DNA from: Candidatus Aminicenantes bacterium
Lineage (GTDB): Bacteria; Acidobacteriota; Aminicenantia; JAMOAD01
NCBI GenBank assembly: GCA_027061995.1
Contig: JAMOUT010000057.1
Location: 65,688-129,687, forward strand
Reading direction: 5' to 3'
DNA: 64,000 nt
Position numbers and translations under genes: made by a program. The notes under the pieces are model-generated. The model was not told the DNA's origin. It worked only from the letters and a program-made list of their open reading frames with translations, and searched no databases. Each line of letters starts with the position of its first letter. Within the stretch, counting starts at the first letter, position 1. Below, in pieces: positions 50,655 through 61,877 of this stretch.

Positions 50655-52833
50655 CTTTATTCTCTCTCTCGTATTTACAGGAAGGGCAGTAAATTTTATC
50701 TTTCTTTCTAAACATATAATCAAAACCGCATTCGGGACATTTTTCATCTATCGGAGTATCGGAAGTGATAAATTTACATTTCGGATAGAGTGAACATCCG
50801 TAAAAAAAACCTTTCCTTTTTTTATATCTTCTTTTTACAAGGACTCCTCCGTCTTTATTCGGGCAGATATATTTTGTTTTTTCACTATTCTTTTTGATAT
50901 ATTTACATTCGGGATAGTTTGAACAAGCGAGAAAACTCCCGTATCTTCCCCTTCTCCAAACAAGGGGGGCTCCGCATTCGGGACATTTTTCATCGGTTAT
51001 TTTCGGCTCGCTTTTTTTAACACTTTCAGTGTGCTTGCATTCATCATTTGTGCATCTGTAGTATTGTCCGAATCTTCCGTTTTTCAGAACCATCGGGCTT
51101 CCGCATTCGGGACATTTTTTTTCTGTCTGAACTCCGTTCTCTTTTGTTTCTTCCATATTTTTTTGAGCATTATCAAGTTGTTTTGAGAGTATTTTATAAA
51201 ATTTATTAATTGAATCCTGCCATACAAGCTTACCTTCGCTGATTTTATCAAGGTCATCTTCCATCTTAGCCGTAAATTCAATATCCATAAGAAGAGGGAA
51301 ATGTTTTTCAAGTATCTCTTCTATGAATAAACCCAACTCCGTGGGGATAAAAAACCGATTCTCTTTTATAACATAGGTTCTGTTCTGAAGGGTGGATATG
51401 ATTGAACTGTATGTGGAAGGGCGCCCTATCCCTTTTTCTTCGAGTGTTTTTACGAGAGAACCCTCGGTAAATCTTGAAGGGGGTTGGGTAAAATTTTGTT
51501 TTAATTCTATTTTAAGAAGTTTAAGAATCATATCTTTTAATAATTCGGGTAATAATTTATCTTCGGGAACTCCAGCTATTTTAAGATATCCGTCAAATAC
51601 AATTACTTGTCCCGAGGTTTTAAAAAGATAATCTTCCGCCTTAATCCAAACTTCGGTTTCCTCCAATTTTGCTGAAGCCATCTGTGTTTGTAGAAATCTT
51701 TTCCATATAAGAGAATAAAGTCTCAATTCATCATTTGAAAGAAAAGGTTTTAATTTATCGGGAGTCAAACTTATGTTTGTGGGTCTTATAGCTTCATGAG
51801 CATCTTGTGATTTTCCCTTTTTTTTGTAAAATCGAACATTTGGCGAAAGATAATTTTTACCGTATTCATTCTCAATGAAATTTCTCAATTCCTGATTGGC
51901 GGTTGAAGATATTCTAAGAGAATCCGTTCTCATATATGTTATTAATCCTGTTAATCCCTCTTTACCTATGTTTACCCCTTCATATAATTTTTGAGCGATC
52001 ATCATAGTTTTTTTTACCGTGAATTTATAAACTTGAAAAGCGGCTTGTTGGAGAGATGATGTTATAAAAGGTGGGGGAGGATTTTTGGTTTTTTTCTTCT
52101 TTTTTATATCGAAAACTTTAAATTCCGATTTTTTTAATAAAGATTCCACCTGTTTTGCATCTTTTTCATTGGTTATCTCTATCTTTTTATTATTTTTTTT
52201 CTCAAGTTTGGCAACTATTGATTCTTTTGTTTCCTCTTTTTCAAGATTAACTTTTATAGTCCAATATTCCTTTTGGACAAAAGCTTTAATCTCCTTTTCT
52301 CTGTCGCATATGAGTTTCAAGGCTATTGATTGAACTCTTCCGGCAGATAAACCTCCCATAACTTTTTTCCAAAGAATCGGGGAGATTTTATAACCTACAA
52401 GTCTGTCTAAGACCCTTCTTGCTACTTGAGAATCAACTTTTTTCCTATCGATTTCAGTGGGATTTTTAAAAGCTTCCTTAATCCCTTTTTTGGTTATCTC
52501 ATTCATTAAGACTCTTTTAATATTTGAATTGACTTTTGAAATCTCTTCATAAAGATGAAAGGAGATTGCCTCCCCTTCACGATCAGGGTCTGTTGCAAGA
52601 TATATGTTTTTTGCTTTTGCCGCTTTTGCTTTTATCTTATTGATAACGGGAGCCTTACCTCTTATAATGATATATTTCGGTTCAAAATTATTTTCAATCT
52701 CAACTCCGAGTTTACTCTTGGGGAGATCTTTAACATGCCCTTTGGAAGCTTCAACCGTGAAGGATTTACCGAGATATTTATTTATTGTTTTGGCTTTTGA
52801 AGGTGACTCAACTATTACAAGATCTTTACTCAT
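50644..52833 (-). CDS. topA: DNA topoisomerase I
   Basis: 729 aa; Toprim N-terminus LVIVESPSKAKTI; the active-site Tyr region is within YMRTDS; C-terminal CPECG zinc ribbons. Confidence 0.95.
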   Translation of the reverse strand: MSKDLVIVESPSKAKTINKYLGKSFTVEASKGHVKDLPKSKLGVEIENNFEPKYIIIRGKAPVINKIKAKAAKAKNIYLATDPDREGEAISFHLYEEISKVNSNIKRVLMNEITKKGIKEAFKNPTEIDRKKVDSQVARRVLDRLVGYKISPILWKKVMGGLSAGRVQSIALKLICDREKEIKAFVQKEYWTIKVNLEKEETKESIVAKLEKKNNKKIEITNEKDAKQVESLLKKSEFKVFDIKKKKKTKNPPPPFITSSLQQAAFQVYKFTVKKTMMIAQKLYEGVNIGKEGLTGLITYMRTDSLRISSTANQELRNFIENEYGKNYLSPNVRFYKKKGKSQDAHEAIRPTNISLTPDKLKPFLSNDELRLYSLIWKRFLQTQMASAKLEETEVWIKAEDYLFKTSGQVIVFDGYLKIAGVPEDKLLPELLKDMILKLLKIELKQNFTQPPSRFTEGSLVKTLEEKGIGRPSTYSSIISTLQNRTYVIKENRFFIPTELGLFIEEILEKHFPLLMDIEFTAKMEDDLDKISEGKLVWQDSINKFYKILSKQLDNAQKNMEETKENGVQTEKKCPECGSPMVLKNGRFGQYYRCTNDECKHTESVKKSEPKITDEKCPECGAPLVWRRGRYGSFLACSNYPECKYIKKNSEKTKYICPNKDGGVLVKRRYKKRKGFFYGCSLYPKCKFITSDTPIDEKCPECGFDYMFRKKDKIYCPSCKYERENKDEK

Positions 52834-52842
52834 AACTTAAAA

Positions 52843-53526
52843 CTACCTGCAACTCTTTTTTTCTAACTCTTTCAGTTTTTTATAAACTTTCATCTCATCT
52901 TTGGTAACAATCATTCCGCTGTTCTTTTGAGTTCTGTATATCTTTTTTATTCTGTTCAGATCTATGTTAAACCCTATTTTTTTAAAAGCATTTATTATAC
53001 AGGGTTTTTTCTCCATCAGGGTTTCATAACTTATAACAATACTGTTCTTGATATTCTCATGAGCGGCGATTATCGCATTATTATTGTCAAACCAGCTGAG
53101 TTTGAATTGAGAGATTCCTCTCCTGAGCATACTTGCTTTTGAATCAGCGGGATTCCTGAAAATAAAAACAGCTTTAAGATTTTTTCGACCTATATGTCTG
53201 TAGAAAAATATTGCCGGAGTTAAGACTATTTTCAGACCGCTCCAACCATCATTTTCATTTAAAAGTTTTACTATTTTATTTAAATCTCTGGTGTTTTCAT
53301 CAGTCATGGCTTGCTCTATAAGTCTTTTTGAAAGTTCTTTTTCAAGAGAATATTCAAAATAACCCTCTTTATTGTAAATATCCGAACCTATATCAGATAA
53401 AAATTTAACTCCCGCACTCTCCAAAAGTTGACAAACAAGGGATGTTCCGCTTCTCGGATGTCCGCTTACAATTACTGTTTTTCCCATTTTTTCGGGAGTT
53501 AAATCATTTTTGTTTTCATCGCTCAT
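52843..53526 (-). CDS. sulfotransferase family protein
   Basis: 227 aa; 5'-PSB-like VIVSGHPRSGTSL; 3'-PB-like IFRNPADSKAS. Confidence 0.55.
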   Translation of the reverse strand: MSDENKNDLTPEKMGKTVIVSGHPRSGTSLVCQLLESAGVKFLSDIGSDIYNKEGYFEYSLEKELSKRLIEQAMTDENTRDLNKIVKLLNENDGWSGLKIVLTPAIFFYRHIGRKNLKAVFIFRNPADSKASMLRRGISQFKLSWFDNNNAIIAAHENIKNSIVISYETLMEKKPCIINAFKKIGFNIDLNRIKKIYRTQKNSGMIVTKDEMKVYKKLKELEKKSCR

Positions 53527-53764
53527 TAATATTCCTCCGTTTTTAAATGTAAAATTAAAGCTAATTATTATAACATAGAATAAATTGATTTGGAAAATTT
53601 AAAAACGGAAGAAAAATAATGTCCGATAATTAAATATTATAAATGATAGAGAGATATTAATCTTAAATTGTGTGGTGAATTTATAATTAATTGAGATGAA
53701 AATATCGGGAACTTTTTATTGTCTATTCCGTTAAATGTAAGTAAATTCAAAAAGGAGAAATTTT

Positions 53765-54895
53765 ATGAGAAAAGGATTAACAATTATTTTGGTTGTATTT
53801 TTTGTTTTAGCAAGTCTTTCTAATGGTAATAATCTGAAAAAAGAAAATCTCCGACTTGGTTATAAGGAGATAAAAGTTGAAATTAATGAGAATATTGAGA
53901 CATTAAGCTTGATATATAGCCTTGCTGATGATGAGTTGATTAATGTTGATTTTGCCGAAAAAGCTCATCTGCTAAAACATTATTTAAAAGAGTTTGAAAA
54001 ATTTAAAGATCATCCAGCGGTTAAAAAAATGAAATTTCTTCTGAAAAAGGAGATATTTGGTGCTTCATGTGTTACATACGGACTTTTTTATACTGATTTC
54101 CCCGAATTTAAAGAAAAATATCCTTTTGATTTTTCAGTTTATAAAAAAGAGGAAAAAAATCAATTATTGGAGTTTTATCAATTAGCCAGAAAATTTTATA
54201 AAGATGTGAAATTATCAAAATTTTTTATAAAACACCATACAGTATATGAAAGAATAAAAAATGAAGTAAAATCCGTTTTACCTTCGAACTCTTATATAAA
54301 AACATTGGAAAAATTTCACGGAATATCAATGTTAGATTATGTAATAATTCCTTCGATTTTTGTTCCTAATTATTTTAATTACGGACCAACCATAAAAACC
54401 CGAAAAGGGATTATCAATTATTATGTGATGGGTCCCGCTTACGATGTAAATATTAAATCCGGAGTGAAATTACCGGACAAATTGGGTTTTAATGCCAAGA
54501 GTTATATTTTTTCAATCGGAATACATGAATTCGGGCATACTTTTGTTAGATTTATTGATAAACCGAAAAATGCACGACTTATAAATTCCATATCGTATTT
54601 AAATACGGAAGAATTAAGAAAAAAGATTTACCCTCAAGGATATGGTAATTGGAAAGGGGTTTTTGAGGAACATCTTGTAAGAGTTTGTGAGATAGAGATA
54701 GCAAAAATGATGAACAACGAAAAATATAGCAAAATATTATATGAAGATAATGTAATCAAAAGAGGGTTTAAATATATTCCGTATATTCTTGATATAATCC
54801 CCCAATATGAAAAAAACAGAGACAAATATAAAACTTTTGAAGAATTTTTTCCATTAATTATAAAAAAGTTATCCGAGGTTAAAATTAAAAGATAA
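53765..54895 (+). CDS. secreted putative zinc metallopeptidase (HEXXH)
   Basis: 376 aa; signal peptide; HEFGH motif at SIGIHEFGHTF; no other recognisable family signature. Confidence 0.45.
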   Translation: MRKGLTIILVVFFVLASLSNGNNLKKENLRLGYKEIKVEINENIETLSLIYSLADDELINVDFAEKAHLLKHYLKEFEKFKDHPAVKKMKFLLKKEIFGASCVTYGLFYTDFPEFKEKYPFDFSVYKKEEKNQLLEFYQLARKFYKDVKLSKFFIKHHTVYERIKNEVKSVLPSNSYIKTLEKFHGISMLDYVIIPSIFVPNYFNYGPTIKTRKGIINYYVMGPAYDVNIKSGVKLPDKLGFNAKSYIFSIGIHEFGHTFVRFIDKPKNARLINSISYLNTEELRKKIYPQGYGNWKGVFEEHLVRVCEIEIAKMMNNEKYSKILYEDNVIKRGFKYIPYILDIIPQYEKNRDKYKTFEEFFPLIIKKLSEVKIKR

Positions 54896-54920
54896 ATCCT
54901 GATACAAAAAATAATTTGAA

Positions 54921-55145
54921 TTAATTATAGTATATTGTAAATTTGCATTTTTCAATATTAATCTCAATTTTTTTTATCTCTGTTAACAAGACATTCAGAT
55001 ATAAAATATCATATTCTCCCTCAGTATTAGTGTCGATATGTTTAACTTTTTCAATTGAGATTATTATATCGGAAGTCATTATTTTGTAGGAATTATTATA
55101 TATAAATACTAATAAAATAATAATATATATACTATGTTTTTTCAT
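54921..55145 (-). CDS. small secreted protein with a DxNxEGxxD loop; internally deleted paralog of 57428-57844
   Basis: 74 aa; shares its signal peptide, ISIEKVKHIDTNTEGEYDILYLNVLLTE and C-terminal KFTIYYN with the 138-aa paralog; the middle ~60 aa are missing. Confidence 0.5.
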   Translation of the reverse strand: MKKHSIYIIILLVFIYNNSYKIMTSDIIISIEKVKHIDTNTEGEYDILYLNVLLTEIKKIEINIEKCKFTIYYN

Positions 55146-55263
55146 ATATATATAATATTAATTATTATATATATCAAATATACTTTTTGTAAAAAAACAA
55201 AAACTAAAAAAGTATAAAAATATATTAATGTGTTAATTTGATTTTGCAGTAAAAAAACAGAAA

Positions 55264-55449
55264 TTAATCTATATTCTTTTTTAATAATTCGGAAGCTATT
55301 TTTTTTATTTTGTTGACATTATCCGCCGAATCTTCTATTGTAGCTGCTTCCTTCTTTGTGATTTTGCTCTTTTCTGCTAATTTTATTCGGCCCTCAAGCC
55401 CTAATTCATTCTCAACTATCTTAAAAATTGATAATATCTTATCGCCCAT
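55264..55449 (-). CDS. hypothetical 61-aa protein
   Basis: Strong RBS GGAGGAATAATATG; helical, Lys/Glu-rich; last gene of the REC-Roadblock operon. Confidence 0.45.
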   Translation of the reverse strand: MGDKILSIFKIVENELGLEGRIKLAEKSKITKKEAATIEDSADNVNKIKKIASELLKKNID

Positions 55450-55468
55450 ATTATTCCTCCGTTTAAGG

Positions 55469-55843
55469 TTAATTACCTACAATAGCTTCTTCAAAAGCAG
55501 ATGTTATCTTAGGTAAAATAATGCTTAAAAGCATTCCCAAAGGAACCTCTCTTGTATCAATCACCATACCCCATTGAAATTCACCAAGTGGCATAACTAT
55601 TAGTGCTTTGTCGTCAACAAGGTCTAATAAATAATATTTATTCAAAGCCGGAAACTTTGCTCCGTCAAGAGCTTTTTTAACATATTCCGTAATTTTACCG
55701 AATAAGGCGCAACCTTCGGGGCTACTGTTATAAGCGACAATAGGTTGTAAATCTTTTGATGAATAGATATCAGTTCCAATTAACCCTTGACCTGTCTCTT
55801 TTTTCAAGAGCTCCATTGCTTCTTTTAGCTTTTTTACATTCAT
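55469..55843 (-). CDS. Roadblock/LC7 (MglB-like) domain protein
   Basis: 124 aa. GQGLIGTDIYSSKDLQPIVAYN and ALIVMPLGEFQWGMVIDTREVPLGMLLSI fit the Roadblock profile (G.kGvvlvd.dG..ia / ilvv..g...l.vv.d...nlGlv). Paralogous to the C-terminal domain of the adjacent REC protein. Confidence 0.55.
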   Translation of the reverse strand: MNVKKLKEAMELLKKETGQGLIGTDIYSSKDLQPIVAYNSSPEGCALFGKITEYVKKALDGAKFPALNKYYLLDLVDDKALIVMPLGEFQWGMVIDTREVPLGMLLSIILPKITSAFEEAIVGN

Positions 55844-55852
55844 TTTTTCCTC

Positions 55853-56920
55853 CTATGATTTAAGATTTTTTATTTTTATTTCCTTTGTAATTTTCGGAAG
55901 TATGATATTTAAAAATAAGCCGAGTTGAATTTTTGAAATATCTATGGTCATTCCTAATAAATAATTATTGATAGGAGAAATGATTATTATTATGAATTTT
56001 CCGGAATTAATCAAATAATAATCTCCCAAATGAGTATCCAAATATTTTGATAATTCTTTGTTAATCAATGAAGTTAATGATGAAAAATCCTTATAAGAGC
56101 CCTCGTCTATATTATATTGAAAGATAGAGGAGTTGTCTGATAATGATATTAATTCGGCATTAATTATGGAATCATCTAAATCATCTTTAAATTTTTCAAA
56201 GAATTCATGAAAAACTTTTGTATCTGAATTATTATTGTTACTATTATTATTATTGTTGTTTTCATCTATTTTTCTTACAGTTTCCAAAATACCGAATTCA
56301 ATAGGAATTGAAACATCATCGTTTTCCTCTATATAGGGTGTTTCCGTAAAAATATAATCATCTAATTTCTGAATTTCTTCCAATGCTTCCAATCCTTCCA
56401 ATTTGCCGAATTTACATTTTTTTAAAAATCCGTTTTTAACATTGATGATTCCATTTCCTTTTTTGGATTTTATTGATATTGAAGTTTTCTTATTGGAATA
56501 TTTTAAAATTTGTAGTAATGTCATTATGTCAATGTTAATTTGTGCTATATTATTTTCTTTGTTTTTTAATGATTTCTCGATTAAATTCTCCAACCTGTCT
56601 ATTGAGAATGGTTTTTCAAGAAGGTATTGTATTCCGAGAGATAAAAGCTCTTTATTATACATCATAGAGGGGAATCCCGTTATAACAATGAATTTTTTAC
56701 CGGGGAATTTTTTCAGAACTTCTCTTATAAATTGAATACCATCCATTTCAGGCATATTGATATCTACTATGAATAAATCGATTTTTTTGATATTAATGCT
56801 TTTTAATGCTTTTAAAGGTGAATTAAATATTATTATTTCATAACGATTATTTAAACTGTCTTTAAGAAGTTTTAACAAATTTTTGTCATCATCTAAAATT
56901 AAGATATTCTTTTTTTTCAT
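55853..56920 (-). CDS. response regulator: receiver, poly-Asn linker, Roadblock/LC7-like output domain
   Basis: 355 aa from the internal Met MKKKNILILDDD (an ATG at 57025 is unlikely). The REC has DDD, phospho-Asp IVDINMP, T (IVITG) and K (EKPF). The linker is NNNNNSNNNNSD. The C-terminus KFIIIIISPINNYLLGMTIDISKIQLGLFLNIILPKITKEIK parallels the 124-aa protein. Confidence 0.65.
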   Translation of the reverse strand: MKKKNILILDDDKNLLKLLKDSLNNRYEIIIFNSPLKALKSINIKKIDLFIVDINMPEMDGIQFIREVLKKFPGKKFIVITGFPSMMYNKELLSLGIQYLLEKPFSIDRLENLIEKSLKNKENNIAQINIDIMTLLQILKYSNKKTSISIKSKKGNGIINVKNGFLKKCKFGKLEGLEALEEIQKLDDYIFTETPYIEENDDVSIPIEFGILETVRKIDENNNNNNSNNNNSDTKVFHEFFEKFKDDLDDSIINAELISLSDNSSIFQYNIDEGSYKDFSSLTSLINKELSKYLDTHLGDYYLINSGKFIIIIISPINNYLLGMTIDISKIQLGLFLNIILPKITKEIKIKNLKS

Positions 56921-56939
56921 AATTCTTTTGCCATAACAA

Positions 56940-56971
56940 CTTATGTTATAAAAACTAATTCTTTTTGTCAA
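56940..56971 (-). promoter_or_regulatory. sigma-70-like promoter (TTGACA-17nt-TAACAT) upstream of the REC-Roadblock operon
   Basis: Minus strand acTTGACAaaaagaattagtttttaTAACATaagttgttatggcaaaagaattATG. Confidence 0.35.
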
Positions 56972-57427
56972 GTAAAATCGACCCTCCCCGTGGAAATAGC
57001 ATAAGCAATGCATGATAGAGGACAAAGTTGTTAAATTGAAAAAAAAAATAAATTGGATAAAACATAATATAATAATCTTGGTATTATTGTCGGAGATTAC
57101 GAGTAAATTTCTAATGGTATTAAATCTTAAAATAAATTATAAAAAGGTAAACACTATGCTTTAGTAAACCGCTGGAATAGACATTGTGGTATGGAAAACA
57201 CAATAATATATTTTTCAGTATAAAGAGTTTTTCATTTGAGTTAAATAAGGAAGGGATAACGCGGACATATGATTAACTAATACAAAAAGTTGTGTTTTTA
57301 TAGATTATAAACTTGATGCAACCCTTGTATCATCAAAGAGTGAAAATGAAACATACGGGATTATGGTGGAGGGATTATTTATAAAAGAGTGAAATGCCAT
57401 AATCATAATTTAAATGTTATAACAGAA

Positions 57428-57844
57428 TCAAATTTTTATCTTTTTTGAATTCTTATAAGATTTTCCGTTTGAATTATAGTATATTGTAAATTTATATTTT
57501 GATGATTTTCTATTATTATATCTAAGGTTAATTTTTATATTTGTAAAAGTATAAAGCCCGAAACCTGTAATTTTATAAACGGGAGGATTGTTCTCCGCAT
57601 ATTTGTAAATAAGTGTATCATTAGAATCATATACCTCATTCATATATTGTTCGATATTAAGATCAAGACCTTTTGTTTCTGTTAACATGACATTCAAATA
57701 TATAATATCATAGCGACCATCACCGTTCGTATCAACATATTTAACTCTTTCAATTGAGATAAGGAGGTCGGGAGTTGTTTTCTTATCACACTTATTGTAT
57801 AAAAACATTAACAAGATAATAATAAATACACTATATTTTTTCAT
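57428..57844 (-). CDS. small secreted protein with a DxNxDGxxD calcium-binding-loop motif
   Basis: 138 aa; signal peptide; DTNGDGRYD matches the EF-hand/dockerin-type Ca loop; full-length paralog of 54921-55145. Confidence 0.55.
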   Translation of the reverse strand: MKKYSVFIIILLMFLYNKCDKKTTPDLLISIERVKYVDTNGDGRYDIIYLNVMLTETKGLDLNIEQYMNEVYDSNDTLIYKYAENNPPVYKITGFGLYTFTNIKINLRYNNRKSSKYKFTIYYNSNGKSYKNSKKIKI

Positions 57845-57973
57845 ATATTTATTATATTAATAGTTTTGTTTAATATCAAGGGGAATTTGTAAGAATTAAA
57901 TATTAGTTGACAAAATCAGATATTATGTTTAAAATACATAAATTAAAGCTTTAAATTTGCTGGAGGTTTATTT

Positions 57974-59059
57974 ATGAAAAAGAAAAATTCTGTTTTGATT
58001 GTGATGTTATTAGCTTTAGCTTTCTATTTAATTATGCCTAATATGATTTATGCAAGCGAAGCTACTTCTTATTTGGCTTTTATTGATGCCACAACAAATT
58101 ATAGTGCAATGGTTAGAGCAAAAAAACCGGGGGAAGAGATAAAAGCGGCTCAAGCTAAAATGATAGCAGCCGGAGAAAAATATATAAAAAAATATGAAGA
58201 CAAGGTTCCTGTGAATACATCTATTATATTGCAAAATCTTGTTCTTGTTTTTTATAATTTAAAAAAATATGATAAGGTGATCTATTACGGAGAAAAATTA
58301 GCTAAAAAACCCGGATTAAAAGATATTCAAAAGGCAAGTTTATTTCTTTTTCTTGCCGATTCATATATTTCAACGGGTAAAGATTATAAAAGAGGTGTTG
58401 ATTTTGCAGAAGGGATTGAACTTATTGTCAATAATAATATAAACACAAGCACGGGTTTGCAAAAGAAAAGATGGCAGAATTTATTAGGGCAAGCGTTGAG
58501 ACTCAAAGGAAATGTATTTTATATTAAAAAAGATTATGATAATGCGGTTGCTAATTTTATTAAATCATATAATAATTATCCTTCTATGAGAACGCTAAAA
58601 GTCATAAGAGAAATCGGAAGAAAATATTTTAAACAAAAGCAATACAAAAAAGCACTCGGAGTGTTTGAATTTGCATACAAAGAGTTAAGTAAAAAATCAC
58701 CGAAAAGAGCTCAGGAGTGTTTGAAACTTCTTGGTAGAACTTATTCAAAACTTGGAATGATAGATAAGGCCATACAAACATTTTCAAAACTTTATTCAAA
58801 GAGGAAAAATGCTGAATTAGCTTATAGAATCGGGGCTTTGTATAACAAGAAATTTAAACAATCAGGTGGAAAGGATAAATCATTTCTTGAAAAAGCAAAA
58901 CTTTATTGGGCTGAATCAGTTGTTTTAAAATCACCGGCTCTTTATTCAAAACAAGCGGAAAAAATTCTGAAAAATTATATGATAAGTATGGAAAAAGCCA
59001 CTCTTCAGGAGTATGAAGATATTTTAAAAGTAGCTAAAAAAAGATTAGGTTTGATTTAA
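57974..59059 (+). CDS. secreted TPR-repeat protein
   Basis: 361 aa; signal peptide; helical repeats with TPR-like spacing (e.g. YDNAVANFIKSYNNYP, AIQTFSKLYSKR). Confidence 0.5.
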   Translation: MKKKNSVLIVMLLALAFYLIMPNMIYASEATSYLAFIDATTNYSAMVRAKKPGEEIKAAQAKMIAAGEKYIKKYEDKVPVNTSIILQNLVLVFYNLKKYDKVIYYGEKLAKKPGLKDIQKASLFLFLADSYISTGKDYKRGVDFAEGIELIVNNNINTSTGLQKKRWQNLLGQALRLKGNVFYIKKDYDNAVANFIKSYNNYPSMRTLKVIREIGRKYFKQKQYKKALGVFEFAYKELSKKSPKRAQECLKLLGRTYSKLGMIDKAIQTFSKLYSKRKNAELAYRIGALYNKKFKQSGGKDKSFLEKAKLYWAESVVLKSPALYSKQAEKILKNYMISMEKATLQEYEDILKVAKKRLGLI

Positions 59060-61063
<2,004 letters not shown>

Positions 61064-61130
61064 TGGTTTTACACTTGAAAAACTTATATAAAAAAGTTAA
61101 GATAACTTAGTATGGATGAAGGAGGTTAAA

Positions 61131-61868
61131 ATGAAAAAAGGATTGGCTCTTTTTGCAGTTATGATAATATTAGTTGGTTTTTCATTTGCGGGGGATATAA
61201 ATTTTTACGGAGGTTTAAAAGGGTTGTTTAACTCTATAAAAATAAAGTATAAAGACAGTTCCGTGGAAAATAAAATAAATCTTTCATCATTGTCTTTCGG
61301 AGGTAAAATTGAGGTTGATGAAATTTATTATTTTTCTCTGTATGTCGGTTTAACCTCCGCAAAATTTTCGGAGCCTGTAATATTTGATAATCTCCCTTTT
61401 TCTATTAAGTTTCCGAGTGATACGCAAAGAGGTTATTATGTTAATCTCAATTTTCATACTTACCCTTTTGAGATAAAGGGGATTGAGTTCGGAATGGGGA
61501 TTAATGTAGGTATGTTTATGCTAAAAAACTCCCAATGGGATATACAACTGCCGATTGTATCTGGTATGTTTGATTCTGATATTAATTCATATGATTTTAA
61601 TTTTAATTTTTTGGCAAAGGGTGAGATATTTAATGGTTTTTATTTATATGGAGGACCTTCTTTTTTAAAAATATTTGGTAATATTAAAGGGACGGAACAA
61701 ATAAATAATGATTTAACAGGGGAAGAGAATAAAAATTTTTCAAATAAAAAACTTATGGGTTTTTTAGTGGGATTTGATTATGAGGTTGAGGATTATCTTA
61801 TGATTTCAACTGAAATCCGTTTAATAAATAGCTATGGTTTAATGGTAAGTTTGAATTATATCTTTTAG
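61131..61868 (+). CDS. small outer-membrane beta-barrel protein
   Basis: Signal peptide LALFAVMIILVGFSFA; amphipathic beta pattern; C-terminal MVSLNYIF; RBS AAGGAGG before the Met at 61131. Confidence 0.55.
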   Translation: MKKGLALFAVMIILVGFSFAGDINFYGGLKGLFNSIKIKYKDSSVENKINLSSLSFGGKIEVDEIYYFSLYVGLTSAKFSEPVIFDNLPFSIKFPSDTQRGYYVNLNFHTYPFEIKGIEFGMGINVGMFMLKNSQWDIQLPIVSGMFDSDINSYDFNFNFLAKGEIFNGFYLYGGPSFLKIFGNIKGTEQINNDLTGEENKNFSNKKLMGFLVGFDYEVEDYLMISTEIRLINSYGLMVSLNYIF

Positions 61869-61877
61869 GAGGGAGCT

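Noticed and set aside
55264-55449. 61-aa protein as an acyl carrier protein (KIVENELGL...IEDSADNV resembles the ACP helix I and the DSLD motif)
   Set aside because: It is too short. Only about 20 residues follow the candidate Ser, whereas ACP needs about 40 (helices II-IV). The resemblance is probably coincidental.
56225-56262. Poly-Asn tract in the REC protein as a sign of a frameshift or pseudogene
   Set aside because: The (AAT/AAC)n tract is in frame, and both flanking domains (REC and the Roadblock-like domain) are intact in the same frame. It is interpreted as a flexible linker.
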